64,000 bases of DNA from a virus, in the IMG/VR virus record IMGVR_UViG_3300026522_000001, positions 54,806 to 118,805 of that record, one strand, 5' to 3'. The position numbers were made by a program, and so were the translations under genes. The notes below the pieces were generated by a model. It was not told the origin of the DNA. It did not search any database and worked only from the letters and a program-made list of their open reading frames with translations. Below, piece by piece: positions 34,952 through 45,567 of the stretch (positions are counted from its first letter, which is position 1; every line of letters begins with the position of its first letter).

Positions 34952-35470
34952 TTATTGTAGCATACGGCTTTTAAGTTCTTGTGCAGTTTTATATTCTTCA
35001 AACAATTCACAAGGCTTTTTATTTTCAATTCTAGCATCAATCATGCTATAGATTCTTTCGATGTTGTTTTCGCATTCTTCTACATTAGAAGGAATACGGA
35101 TAAACCTGTCTGCACTAATTTTAAGAATATCAGCTAACCTACCTGCATAACACAAAGGAATAGGTTGTCTATATTCTCCATTATCATCTTTCTTATCTAC
35201 AAACTGTTTTAGAACATAGCATGTAGATGTTGCTTGAATGAAGTATGGATACTCTAGGATAAGAACATGGCTAAATCTAGCTTTCTGTTCTTTTGTCCAA
35301 CTTTTCTTTTTCTTTCTAGCTTCTTGTAATGTTTTCTTGATTTTTTCTGTACTAGAGCTATAAACAATTTTTTTGATTCTTACTCTCTTTTTCTTTACAG
35401 GCATTTCCTGCGCCTGTAATTGTTCTTGTACTTTTGTCTTTTTGTTCTTTGACCCCTTTGGTCTACCCAT
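34952..35470 (-). CDS. hypothetical protein with basic N-terminus
   Basis: ORF track. RBS AAGGAGGG upstream. Confidence 0.55.
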   Translation of the reverse strand: MGRPKGSKNKKTKVQEQLQAQEMPVKKKRVRIKKIVYSSSTEKIKKTLQEARKKKKSWTKEQKARFSHVLILEYPYFIQATSTCYVLKQFVDKKDDNGEYRQPIPLCYAGRLADILKISADRFIRIPSNVEECENNIERIYSMIDARIENKKPCELFEEYKTAQELKSRMLQ

Positions 35471-35603
35471 AATTAACCCTCCTTAATGCAGGTTTCAATT
35501 ATTTCATACAAACACAGTATAACATGAAAAAAGCCTTGTGTCAATAGGAATTTCATTAAAATTTACTGACACAAAGCTAATTTATTTTTATGTAAACACA
35601 GAA

Positions 35604-36167
35604 TCACTCCTTTTGCATAAGCAATTTTCTTGCCCTTAAATCTGTTAAGCCCATAAACAAGTTTGCTATACATTCAATTGCTATAGCTGTCTCAATGTTC
35701 ATAGTTCCTAATACAAGAATGATTAAGCCACCTGCTAAAGAAGCATAGAGTTCATAACTATTCGATAGGCTTTGCCATATAGTCAATTCTTCGCCGTTAA
35801 TGATGTGGTTTATGGAATTTCTCATTACGCATACCCACAAGGTAGTAGATATTGCATTTATAAGAGCCATCCCTATAAATCTCGCCGTAGCCATTTCCAT
35901 ACCTGCACAAGATACGACCATAAATGATAGAACGTCTGTTACTACGATGAATGTAAAATGTTTGTCATACCACCTCAAAAATTTTTCTTTTGTGATGGAT
36001 GTATTTGTAATAGCTGCTATTCCTACTGCCAGCATATTAGAAATAGCTAATACAGAAGAATCTATGAGCTGCATAAAATATATTTGAATTACAGGCGAAG
36101 TCATCGCTACCGCAAAAGAAAATACAACTGGGCCAATTAAAAGCCATCTTTTTTGTTTATTATTCAT
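35604..36167 (-). CDS. integral membrane protein (5-6 TM segments)
   Basis: ORF track. Hydrophobic throughout. Confidence 0.6.
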   Translation of the reverse strand: MNNKQKRWLLIGPVVFSFAVAMTSPVIQIYFMQLIDSSVLAISNMLAVGIAAITNTSITKEKFLRWYDKHFTFIVVTDVLSFMVVSCAGMEMATARFIGMALINAISTTLWVCVMRNSINHIINGEELTIWQSLSNSYELYASLAGGLIILVLGTMNIETAIAIECIANLFMGLTDLRARKLLMQKE

Positions 36168-36180
36168 TTAAGCATCAGTT

Positions 36181-37308
36181 TTAGTCCTCTGTAATAGCTT
36201 TGTTTAGCTGTTCACTAATCTTATCAAAAATATCTTTATTTCTTTCAAGGTAATCCATCAGTTTTAGCTTACCTGCAAAAGAACAAGGCTCTCCTGATTC
36301 TGATTCAATGACTTCTCCATTTTCATTTTCATAGGAATACCATGCACCTTTTTGTTTGATAATTCCATAAGTAATTGCCATATTTACTGTGTCGATATAT
36401 CCATCTACACCTTTTGTATATGTAATAGCAAACTTACTTAATCTTCTGTTTGGCTTTGTTGCTTTATTCTTAATTACTTCAACTTCACTATAATTACCGT
36501 ATGCATCTTCTGGATGTGCTTTTAAGTCAGCATATTTATCATCAAAGAACTTACCTTTTTTTAGAAGAAGTCTAATTGAGCAAGTATGTTGCCACATTTT
36601 TCCGCCTGGTGTGATTACACGGTTATACCCACTCATATCGGCTCTAGTTTGGTTGATGCCAATAAACAAACACTTATGTTTATTACATAGTGGAAGTAGC
36701 TTACTAGAAAATACAGATAGTGGTTGAGAGATTCCTGCCATTGTTTTTTCTTCCATTGTTTTTTCCATTGTTTGTTGACTGACTAATGCAGGAATAGAAT
36801 CAAGAATAAAACAACCAATACCATCTGATGCAATAAGCTGTAGTGTAATCTCAAATAGCTGTTCTGCTGTCTGATTATCAGGTGCAATAAATACTAGGTC
36901 ATCAACGTCTACACCATTCTTTTCTAGCCAATCGTTAGAAGTAGAAAACTCACTATCAAGATATGCAACCTTTTGATAACCACGCTCTTTCAAATAAGCA
37001 AGTCTTTCTTTTTGTTCTTTATTTGGCTTTTCAATTTCTTCAAGTGCTGATACTTCTTCTTCATATTCTTTCTTTAATTGTTTTTGTGCTTGTCCACAGA
37101 TAGAATATGACAAGCTCGATTTTCCTGCTCCGGGCTGGCCCGCAAGCTCTGCAACTGTTCTAGGCATACCACCATGAAAAAGAAAAGTTAGTGATGGCGT
37201 AACAAAAGGAACTTTTTCATAATTTCTTTGCTTAACATCACTCTTACCAATAATTTTTTCTTTGTACTTTTTGTTAATATCTTTAATAACATCATCTAGT
37301 GCTGACAT
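36181..37308 (-). CDS. RecA/UvsX-family recombinase
   Basis: Walker A GQPGAGKSSLS, Walker B FILDSIPAL, and GINQTRADM (RecA NQxR). Confidence 0.8.
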   Translation of the reverse strand: MSALDDVIKDINKKYKEKIIGKSDVKQRNYEKVPFVTPSLTFLFHGGMPRTVAELAGQPGAGKSSLSYSICGQAQKQLKKEYEEEVSALEEIEKPNKEQKERLAYLKERGYQKVAYLDSEFSTSNDWLEKNGVDVDDLVFIAPDNQTAEQLFEITLQLIASDGIGCFILDSIPALVSQQTMEKTMEEKTMAGISQPLSVFSSKLLPLCNKHKCLFIGINQTRADMSGYNRVITPGGKMWQHTCSIRLLLKKGKFFDDKYADLKAHPEDAYGNYSEVEVIKNKATKPNRRLSKFAITYTKGVDGYIDTVNMAITYGIIKQKGAWYSYENENGEVIESESGEPCSFAGKLKLMDYLERNKDIFDKISEQLNKAITED

Positions 37309-37365
37309 ATAAATATTCTCCTTATATTCTTTACTAAATTTAACTTGACTTAACTTAACTTTACT

Positions 37366-37863
37366 TTACATATTGTTATTTCGTGTTAATTCCATTTCTG
37401 AAATCTTACTGCTAATAATTTTCCTGAGTGTGTCATTAAGTCTTTCTGCACTTGAATATCTATTCTTTAGGATTTTATAAGCCCTATCAAAAATAATATT
37501 TACAAGTTCTTCTTCTTTTACATCCTCTAATGCTTGTGCTTGCTTATCTGCAATCGTTCCTTTTTCAATAGAAATATAACTTTTATTATATTTCTCATCC
37601 CTAATGATGTTAGCGATGCTAGAACGTAACCCAACCTTTTCTACATGAGAGGACAAGAAGAAAAGATAACTTGCTACTCTTAGTGCCATATTATTTAGGT
37701 CATCTAAAGATACCTCCTCTGTACCATTCTCTAGGAACTTCCTGATATTATCTACATAGGCTTCTAGTGCTCCTGTTGATTCAGAAACTACCCTATCAAT
37801 AATCTTATCTAATACAGAAGAATCTTGCTCAACGTGCTCGATAATTGTATTGTTTACATTCAT
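37366..37863 (-). CDS. hypothetical protein
   Basis: ORF track. Confidence 0.55.
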   Translation of the reverse strand: MNVNNTIIEHVEQDSSVLDKIIDRVVSESTGALEAYVDNIRKFLENGTEEVSLDDLNNMALRVASYLFFLSSHVEKVGLRSSIANIIRDEKYNKSYISIEKGTIADKQAQALEDVKEEELVNIIFDRAYKILKNRYSSAERLNDTLRKIISSKISEMELTRNNNM

Positions 37864-37876
37864 GAGAGTTTTCCTT

Positions 37877-38338
37877 TCAATGCTTGTTCAAATCTTCAAC
37901 AAACTTTTTCATATTGTACTCAAAATACAGTCTTTTCTTTTTACCTTGAAGTTCTATACATACTTCATCATCATAACTTACTTTCTTCTCACCGGATTCA
38001 ATCAGCTTAACAATATAATTCATGTTAAATGCTTTTGTTACTCCTTTTTCATAAAAGAATATAACGACATAACACTCAACATTAGCTTTATTCTCACAGA
38101 TTTGTTTCATTTCATCTATCTGATGTTGTGCAAATCCACTAAAATAAAAACTCTTATTCTTTGTTGCTTTACACTCAATATAGTAACTTCCATATTGAGT
38201 AAACAAGATGTAGTCAGATGGATAATGTAAAGCAAGTTTACTCATGTTGTCGTACAGTCTTTGTATGACAATTTCATCTTGTAATTGCTCTCTAAGTTGT
38301 TTAGCAAAGTCAATCTCAAAGTTCTTTCCTATGCTCAC
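37877..38338 (-). CDS. RecU-like Holliday-junction resolvase (PD-(D/E)XK)
   Basis: PSDYILF...YYIECKATK gives D..E-x-K in a RecU-like context. Confidence 0.5.
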   Translation of the reverse strand: MSIGKNFEIDFAKQLREQLQDEIVIQRLYDNMSKLALHYPSDYILFTQYGSYYIECKATKNKSFYFSGFAQHQIDEMKQICENKANVECYVVIFFYEKGVTKAFNMNYIVKLIESGEKKVSYDDEVCIELQGKKKRLYFEYNMKKFVEDLNKH

Positions 38339-38347
38339 TTATTTATT

Positions 38348-39187
38348 TTACACCTCTGCTTCGTCTTTGTCAATAGTATATTCGTTAATACCAATATCTT
38401 TACATTTACTCTTATAAATGCAATATGCACAATCTCTTTTTGTTACAGTCATTGGTTTAGAGAGAATAACACCACTATCTACTGCTTCAATAACAGAATT
38501 GATTTTATTCTTTAGTGTTTCTTTTTCATCCCTGCTAGGTGTATAGCTATATGTCTTTACATTTGGAATATCTCTGCTGAAATACATAAACACAACCGTA
38601 GGAATATCTAAAAGTAAGCTATATGCTGTAGCCTGATTCTTGTGTTTTTCTTGTACCCCATCTTGCTTGAAAAATGCTCCTGAACCTTCTGTCTTGATTT
38701 CTAGGATATAATATTTACCTGTTTTCTTACTCTTTAGTACACCATCACATAAAAAAGACACAATAGGCTTATCATTTTTCATGTAATATAGATGGGTTTC
38801 AAACTCATCAACAAAGTTACTTTCTTTATAAACAACAATATTCTTAGGCTTAAACTTCCTAACGTAGTCAGCAACATTTACATACTCAAAGGATGAAAGA
38901 GAAAGACAATTTTTCTGAACAAATTCATGTGTTTTTGTTCCAATCTCACAGATGATGTCTAGTGTATAAGACTTCTTTACATTAGTTGGTTTTATACCAT
39001 TATATTTAAAACACATCTGTCTTACACAATTCATAGAAGAGGGGGAAACGGTTTTGCTAGGGATATGGTCAACTTCACCATTTTCTTCTACTGTTTTAAT
39101 AAAGTCATCTTTTAATATATTCGAGATGTCATTTTTCTTTACTTCTTCTTCTGCATGCTTAATCATGCTGATTAGATTTTTTCTCAT
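38348..39187 (-). CDS. Cas4/RecB-like exonuclease with Fe-S cysteine cluster
   Basis: ILEIKTEG (ExK), one N-terminal Cys (MNCVRQMC), and C-terminal CAYCIYKSKC (C-x2-C-x5-C). Confidence 0.7.
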   Translation of the reverse strand: MRKNLISMIKHAEEEVKKNDISNILKDDFIKTVEENGEVDHIPSKTVSPSSMNCVRQMCFKYNGIKPTNVKKSYTLDIICEIGTKTHEFVQKNCLSLSSFEYVNVADYVRKFKPKNIVVYKESNFVDEFETHLYYMKNDKPIVSFLCDGVLKSKKTGKYYILEIKTEGSGAFFKQDGVQEKHKNQATAYSLLLDIPTVVFMYFSRDIPNVKTYSYTPSRDEKETLKNKINSVIEAVDSGVILSKPMTVTKRDCAYCIYKSKCKDIGINEYTIDKDEAEV

Positions 39188-39452
39188 TATCTAAAAATTC
39201 CTCCATATTCCTAACATACATTTCAACAAAATTATAAACATGTGCTCTAGTTTTCTTATTTTCAATACTAATAGTTAAAAATGCTCCAGTTACATTAAGT
39301 GTAAGTGCCAATTCTTCAATCTCTTTATTTTCATAGCGTTCATACAAAGTATCAAAGATATTTCTTAAAATTATTTTATGGTTGATGTCACTTCCAATAT
39401 AGTCTACATACATCCTCTCATCGAAACCATAGTCTATAACAATGTCTCCCAT
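39159..39452 (-). CDS. hypothetical protein (start moved to MGDIVIDY)
   Basis: The ATG follows AAGAAAGGATG. Confidence 0.5.
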   Translation of the reverse strand: MGDIVIDYGFDERMYVDYIGSDINHKIILRNIFDTLYERYENKEIEELALTLNVTGAFLTISIENKKTRAHVYNFVEMYVRNMEEFLDNEKKSNQHD

Positions 39453-39466
39453 AATAACATCCTTTC

Positions 39467-40549
39467 TTATTTTTCCTCTACTTTTTCTGTTGTCTCTGAA
39501 ACAACGTAACAACCTGTCACATCTTCAAGAACAACATATTTCCCTTCATTCATATAGATATTGATTTTACCAATATCCAATAATTTCACAAACTGCATCA
39601 TTTTGTCAAGAAGGAATACACCTTTTACTGTGGCTTCTGTACTTGTTTCTGCTTCTAGTTCTTCTTTTGTCTGCCCTGTTGTGCTTTCCAAAAGTACACT
39701 ACCTTTATTCAATGTGATTCTTACCTTCGGATAGTCAACGATTGTACGAATGAAGTCACTTCTCTTTAATGCATTTAAGAAACTCATCTTATCTACACTA
39801 AAATGCGGGAAATTCTCATAATTAAAGAATGGTGTAATGATATTCTTTGGGAAAATATCTTCTGTTGTCACAACTTTTTCATACACTTCAATGTTATTTG
39901 TTGAAATCCTATACCCATCTGCTATCTTAGAGATGTTTACTAGATTTCTTGGAATCCTTGAAATGTGTTCAATGATTTCATTGTTCAATTCATTGAACGG
40001 AAGTTTTGTATTAACAATAGAGATTGTTTTAGCGTTTGTAGAAACAGTCTTACCATCAATACAAACAAATCTCTGAAATTCCGGATGTGACCATGCATCT
40101 TCTGGGATAGAGCATTTTCCTCTGCTGATAATTTCTTTTGCATTGTCTACAAAGAACTCAACAGAATCTTTATTTTCCGGCATAGAAAGAGGAAGGTCAA
40201 TTTTATCTCCATTTTCATCAAACATAGCTTCTACCTTATATTTTCCTTTACCTGAAACAATCATAAGATAGTCACTCTTATTGTAGAGATATGTATGGTC
40301 ACTATCAAGTAGTTTAACAATACTATTAAACCTGCTAAGTTGTACTGTAATGCTACTCATAGGAATGTCTTTTTCATCGTTCAATACATTCTTATAGACC
40401 ATAGCAGTCTTTTTATTTGTTGCACCAAATTGGATGAGCTTATTTTCACTCACACTTATCTCAATAAGGTCACTCATTACATTTAGCTTATCCTGCTTAA
40501 TGATGCTCTGAAACAAACTCAATGTAGCTTTTAGTGTTTTCGTATTCAT
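39467..40549 (-). CDS. probable sliding clamp (DnaN-like)
   Basis: The 360-aa size and replication-module context fit. The N-terminus KATLSLFQSIIKQDKLNVMSDLIEISVSENKL is beta-clamp-like. No strict motif. Confidence 0.45.
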   Translation of the reverse strand: MNTKTLKATLSLFQSIIKQDKLNVMSDLIEISVSENKLIQFGATNKKTAMVYKNVLNDEKDIPMSSITVQLSRFNSIVKLLDSDHTYLYNKSDYLMIVSGKGKYKVEAMFDENGDKIDLPLSMPENKDSVEFFVDNAKEIISRGKCSIPEDAWSHPEFQRFVCIDGKTVSTNAKTISIVNTKLPFNELNNEIIEHISRIPRNLVNISKIADGYRISTNNIEVYEKVVTTEDIFPKNIITPFFNYENFPHFSVDKMSFLNALKRSDFIRTIVDYPKVRITLNKGSVLLESTTGQTKEELEAETSTEATVKGVFLLDKMMQFVKLLDIGKINIYMNEGKYVVLEDVTGCYVVSETTEKVEEK

Positions 40550-40884
40550 AAATCTTCTTCTTCCTTTTCTTTTCTTGTGAATCCTTCTAAATCTGTGTTA
40601 TTTGTATTTATATACAAACCATTATTGATGAATGAATCTTTTGTCCAGCAATAGTCATTATATTTAATAAGACTACCATGTGTTAGTTCATCAAAATATA
40701 ACATGTCTACTGCTGAATAGAATCCTTGTTTTTGAGCAAATAGATTCAACCAAACATCTTTTTCCTCTCCTGTCTTTTTCCATACACCGCTATGAAATCT
40801 TTTTTCATATAATCTTTTTGTTTCTTCATACGGTAAAAAGTAACTAATCAGCCCTTCCACTACTTGTTTCTTATATATTTTCAT
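40546..40884 (-). CDS. hypothetical protein
   Basis: ORF track. RBS AAGGAGGTG upstream. Confidence 0.55.
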   Translation of the reverse strand: MKIYKKQVVEGLISYFLPYEETKRLYEKRFHSGVWKKTGEEKDVWLNLFAQKQGFYSAVDMLYFDELTHGSLIKYNDYCWTKDSFINNGLYINTNNTDLEGFTRKEKEEEDL

Positions 40885-40925
40885 AACACACTATTTCACC
40901 TCCTTTACACTCTCTGTTTAGGTTT

Positions 40926-40964
40926 AGTTTAACACAAAAGCCCCTATATGTCAATAGGGGCTTA
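40926..40964 (-). promoter_or_regulatory. overlapping terminator hairpin and promoter
   Basis: The stem aagcccctat/ataggggctt is followed by TTTTGTGTT. The loop carries TTGACA, and TAAACT lies 17 nt downstream. Confidence 0.5.
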
Positions 40965-40977
40965 CATTAAAATTATA

Positions 40978-41190
40978 TTATTTTTCCTTTTCCATGTTTG
41001 CTAAAAGATTATGGTTGACATCAAACACAAATTCTTTTCTTTTAGTATCATATGGGAAGAATGGCATTGAGTGATAATTTACGTATCTACTCTTTGCTTG
41101 TTTGTCTGAAAGCCTTTGTTCTTTAATTGTTTTACATTTACAAAGCAACTCATCAATGTTATTTCTCATTGTCATGACGTAAGCTCCCAT
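40978..41190 (-). CDS. hypothetical small protein
   Basis: ORF track. Confidence 0.5.
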   Translation of the reverse strand: MGAYVMTMRNNIDELLCKCKTIKEQRLSDKQAKSRYVNYHSMPFFPYDTKRKEFVFDVNHNLLANMEKEK

Positions 41191-42947
41191 CTGGTATTTC
41201 CACTACGATATACTTTCTTACACTTAAAACAATTTACCATAATATAATTTTCAATATTATTAGCATTATTATCAATAGCTTCTTGATAATATTGTGGAAA
41301 TTTATTTTTTAGTTTTTGTACTTGGCATTGTTCACGTTTATACCATTCATCAAGTGTTCTAAACCAATAATAGTTTGGTTCTGCTTGCTTAATATACTTA
41401 AATCCAAGCCTTTCATAAATACTGCCATCAAAATAATCATTATCGCTATATGATAAAATGTTTTTCGGCGAAAAATCTTGAATAAAATGACTCAATAATT
41501 TATTAGCTCCACCAATAATTGTATATTCACTCTTTACACAATATCTGTGTAATTCATAATATCCATTTAGTTGCTTTTTTAATCGACGTTTGCCGAAAGT
41601 CATAACAGAAAGAAGTTCATCATTATAATAAAGTCCATAACAAATACTACTTAAATTTGTATGACCTTGTAAATGATACTTATCACAAAATTCATTTGCA
41701 ATAGATTTATCAATAGATTTAATACTACAATTTCTAGCATATATTTTTTGTTTTGTGGTAAATAAATCTTTTAGATATGCTTTTACTTTATCATTCCAAT
41801 CAATATCAAAAATAGAAATTAAATGAACCCCTTGCTTTTTAGCTTGTAAAAACTTATCACGATGATAATATTTGTCTTTATTATCATATACTCCATTTAA
41901 TGACGCATGAAAAGCTGAACCATTATATTCAATTCCGATATTATATTGTGGAATATACATATCAATTTCTTGCATTACTTTTGCTTGTAGAATCCTATCT
42001 TTATAACAATTTACCCCAAGTGATTGAATATATTTTCTAACACAATCTTCTTCATAACTACCATCATCACAACCACAAGAATGTGAAACATTATTTTTTA
42101 ATTTCCATGCGTTTTTTATAGTCATGTTACCACAATCACATTTACATAACCATTTTGAATCACCAACATATTTAATTACTGTAAGTTTTCCAGAACGCAA
42201 TCCTGTTAAATCTTCTGGATGTGATAGATGGTTAATGCAACCACACGATTTTGTATTCCCTGTCAATAAATTACTATTAGGAACTATTGTGTAATTCCCA
42301 CAATCACATTTACATTTCCAATACGATATTCCATCTTCCATTCTATCTAAACAAACTACTGTTAATCTGCCATATCTTTCGCCAGTCATATCATGGTATT
42401 TACCACAACCACAACTAGTTCTTCTACCAGCAGTAAGTTCATATCCTGCAATATCTTTTATATTACCACAATCACATCTACAAGTAAAGTATGCAATTCC
42501 ATCTTTTGTATATGCTAATTTCTCAACAACTAATTTACCAAAACGTTTACCAGTTAAATCTTTAATTTTATGTACGTTACTACCACAATCATGCCAATAT
42601 TCTTTATTTGCTAGTTGGTCTGTATACCTTACACATGTATTTCCACAGGAACATTTACAATTCCAATAATTTTTACCATTTTTCTTATATGCGAATGATG
42701 TAACAGTAAGCTCACCAAATTCTTTACCAACTAAATCTACTTTACCGCCACATTTACCACATGAATGGAAGTGTCCTCCTTGTCTTAAATAAGAACCATT
42801 TACAACTTTTGTGTTACCACAGTCACATTTACATAACCAATACCTCCCTCTCTTATCACTATGGTCGTATTTAATTACTAAAAGTTTGTCAAATCTTTTC
42901 CCTGCTAAATCATACATTAAAATCACCCATATACCAATGCCGTTCAA
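41172..42947 (-). CDS. multi-zinc-ribbon repeat protein with Vsr/DUF559-like PD-(D/E)XK nuclease core (free-standing homing-endonuclease candidate)
   Basis: About six repeats of GK[RE]FG.L.V......G...W.C.CDCGN. The nuclease core is EIDMYIPQYNIGIEYNGSAFH. The C-terminal ARNCSIKSI..FCDKYHLQG module is seen in phage Hef-like proteins as I recall them. Confidence 0.55.
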   Translation of the reverse strand: MNGIGIWVILMYDLAGKRFDKLLVIKYDHSDKRGRYWLCKCDCGNTKVVNGSYLRQGGHFHSCGKCGGKVDLVGKEFGELTVTSFAYKKNGKNYWNCKCSCGNTCVRYTDQLANKEYWHDCGSNVHKIKDLTGKRFGKLVVEKLAYTKDGIAYFTCRCDCGNIKDIAGYELTAGRRTSCGCGKYHDMTGERYGRLTVVCLDRMEDGISYWKCKCDCGNYTIVPNSNLLTGNTKSCGCINHLSHPEDLTGLRSGKLTVIKYVGDSKWLCKCDCGNMTIKNAWKLKNNVSHSCGCDDGSYEEDCVRKYIQSLGVNCYKDRILQAKVMQEIDMYIPQYNIGIEYNGSAFHASLNGVYDNKDKYYHRDKFLQAKKQGVHLISIFDIDWNDKVKAYLKDLFTTKQKIYARNCSIKSIDKSIANEFCDKYHLQGHTNLSSICYGLYYNDELLSVMTFGKRRLKKQLNGYYELHRYCVKSEYTIIGGANKLLSHFIQDFSPKNILSYSDNDYFDGSIYERLGFKYIKQAEPNYYWFRTLDEWYKREQCQVQKLKNKFPQYYQEAIDNNANNIENYIMVNCFKCKKVYRSGNTRWELTS

Positions 42948-43569
42948 TAGTTACATCACAGGTAAGATTAAACGGGAGTGCGCTTGCCGCTTTTATTGCA
43001 AGATACTCTAATCTTTTAGCTACCTCATCTGCATATTGTACATCACAGATGACACCTTGTTCATCATGGATGGACATTACTAGCTTTGCATCATACTTTC
43101 TCATTACCTCATCATGGTAAATAGAATTAAGAGCAATTTTACAGATGTCAGCACTACTACCTTGAATTATGCTATTTGCTACTTCTCGTAGTGCTTTTGC
43201 TTTCTTACCTGTATTGTCGATAATTGTAATATTATGCTTTTGTGCATAATTTATGATTTGTTGTTTTTCTGTTCTTTTAGCATGAGACAACCTATTGATA
43301 AAATCTTCTTTGTAGAACACCTGACTTTCTTCGTTATATTCTTTACCAAAAATAAATTCATAGTCATCTAACAGTAATTCAGGAAGTCTCCTTCTTCTTC
43401 CGTAGAAGCCATCAATGTAACCATTCTTCTTAGCAAAGTTTTGTACATCTTGCAACCATTGATGCATATCAGGAAACGCTTTCATAACACTATCATAGAT
43501 TTCTTGTGCCTTTTCTGTTGTTACATGTAAATCTTCACCAATAGCTTTAACACCTTTTGAATATAAAAT
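42910..43569 (-). CDS. DNA polymerase I family (PolA), exon 2
   Basis: Begins ILYSKGVKAIGE, completing motif B. Motif C is MSIHDEQG. Confidence 0.8.
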   Translation of the reverse strand: MLYSKGVKAIGEDLHVTTEKAQEIYDSVMKAFPDMHQWLQDVQNFAKKNGYIDGFYGRRRRLPELLLDDYEFIFGKEYNEESQVFYKEDFINRLSHAKRTEKQQIINYAQKHNITIIDNTGKKAKALREVANSIIQGSSADICKIALNSIYHDEVMRKYDAKLVMSIHDEQGVICDVQYADEVAKRLEYLAIKAASALPFNLTCDVTIERHWYMGDFNV

Positions 43570-43931
43570 CAACTTCAATTATTATTGAAGCTAGACTATA
43601 TCTTCACCCACGTTATTACGTTTGGTCTTATAGTGTGCAAATAACTATAAGAATGATACTATATATCATGTGTGAGGCACTTCGGATATATGAATTTCAC
43701 AAATATCCTACTCCCTGCCGGGATAGTCGTTTGACTTTTCTACATATTTTATATGTAAACTTAGCACTGGATTGTAATTATATTTAGAGGGTTACTAAAC
43801 TAATCATGTCCCCAGTCAGCATCTAAATTAGTCACCATTTCCTGTGATTACTATACGTTTTAGACACACCCTAGATTTCTAGGTTCACCTCATTACAATA
43901 TACTATTTCTAGTATATGGAGCGTTTTATTC
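43570..43931 (-). mobile_element. group I intron (IA2-like, no ORF) in polA motif B
   Basis: 5' splice site after ggT, 3' end ..gaagttG. It contains acgactatcccggcagggagtagg and gaagatatagtctagc, which match the T4 td-type cores AACGACTATCCC..GGGGAGTAGG and GAGATATAGTCTG. Confidence 0.75.
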
Positions 43932-45548
43932 ACCCAATACGATTGCTTTTGCTTTACTTCTTCTTTCTTTTCCTTCTTTATTTGTTGTTCCGTCATCATT
44001 AAACTCACAACAATCTTTGTATGGAACATTAAATGCAAGACTAGCTACATGAGAATAAATGTCTATGCCATCCCTAAACGCTTGAATCATCTTCTCATCA
44101 CCGGAAACTGCCGCACATACCGCAACTTCTTGTCTTGAGTAGTCACACAGAATCAAAACCTTATTATCACCTGCATAGAACATATTTCTTATATCGCCCA
44201 TGTGCGAGGGCAGTTGCTGGATGTTAATCTCACCACTACTAGATAATCTTCCAGTCCTTGTTCTAACACTATTAAAGTCTGGTCGAACTACATGATTCTT
44301 GTCTGATTCAGCCAAGTCAATAATTTTATTGATAAATGTTCCTAGTGCTTTATCATATTTCTTTACATCTACTAGTGCTCCTGCTATTTTCTTTAGCTGT
44401 GTATTTTCATATTTAGGACTAGTTAAGATTTTATCTAGTACATGCTTTCCTGTTCCATTAGGCTCTTTTTCAAAAATCACACCTGTGTTAATAATCTCAT
44501 AGAACAAGATTTTTATTTGAACAGGGCTATTATAGTTTATTGGATATTCTAGCTGTGTTCCTGCATGTTGCTTTATATAGAATTTTATTTTATCCTCTAG
44601 GGGAGATACAGCTTCATTGAATTTCTCTAATGCTTCTTTTTGTAGCTTCTCATATTTTTCTTTTAGCTTATATGCCATTTCAATATCAATTTGTATTCCA
44701 CGCCATTTCATATCAGCAAGAACTTCAATCAGAGGAAGTTCTTCTGTATGAAATACTTTTGAAACACCCTCTAAATGACATACCTTACATTCTTCTGTTC
44801 CTACTGTTAGATATGGTTTTTGGAATAGATATAGTTGTTCTGTCATTAAACAGTCATGTGCTGAATAATAATATCCAACTTTAGGATTAATTCTATTAAA
44901 AGGAATCCCATCAAATAGCTCAACAAACTTATGAACCCCTGCTTTACCTTCCATAACATATTTATCATATAGAACCTTCAAGCTATGTGGCTCATTTTCA
45001 TTTAACATTGCCGCCGCTACTAATGTATCCCAATATACACTAGGGAAATATCCCAAAACAGCTTTCAACACAATCAAGTCGTAGTAAGCATTATGAAATA
45101 CATATCTACAATGCTTTTTATTCATGATGTCAAAGCCTTGTTTTATGCTTTCTTTACTTACTTGATTGCTTAATGGTTGTTCTGTTATGCTACTGATATG
45201 ACCAACAGGTGCATAGGCTTCTGTTTGCCCAATACTCTTGATACATACACCTGCTAGTCCTTCTGTCTGGTCTTTGAATGATAACCCGCTTGTTTCTGTA
45301 TCAAGAGAAACAATATCGTTTTCATGGATATTATTACAATATTCATTCCATTTTTCATTACTGTCTAAAAGAATTGGATGATAATCACCAAGGTTTGTTT
45401 TTACATTCAACTCAATTTCTTTTAGCTTATTGATTAGTGTTCCTTTCTTTACAGAAATCTTTGACTTGTTACATTCTTCTTCTCTAATCTTTGCAATTAT
45501 ACGTGAAACATTAGGTGATTGTCTTTCTTGTAGTTTGAATAGCTCCAA
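43932..45548 (-). CDS. DNA polymerase I family (PolA), exon 1 with 3'-5' exonuclease domain
   Basis: Exo I VSLDTETSGL, Exo II FHNAYYDL, Exo III YYSAHDCL, motif A ILCDYSRQEV, then RRSKAKAIVLG| (first half of motif B). The likely TTG start at 45548 follows AAGGAGG. The longer track ORF overlaps the upstream gene. Confidence 0.8.
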
Positions 45549-45567
45549 CAGAAAGTCCTCCTTTTTA

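Noticed and set aside
43557-43787. 76-aa plus-strand ORF inside the polA intron as a possible homing endonuclease
   Set aside because: It is on the opposite strand to the intron, has no nuclease motif, and overlaps the ribozyme core.
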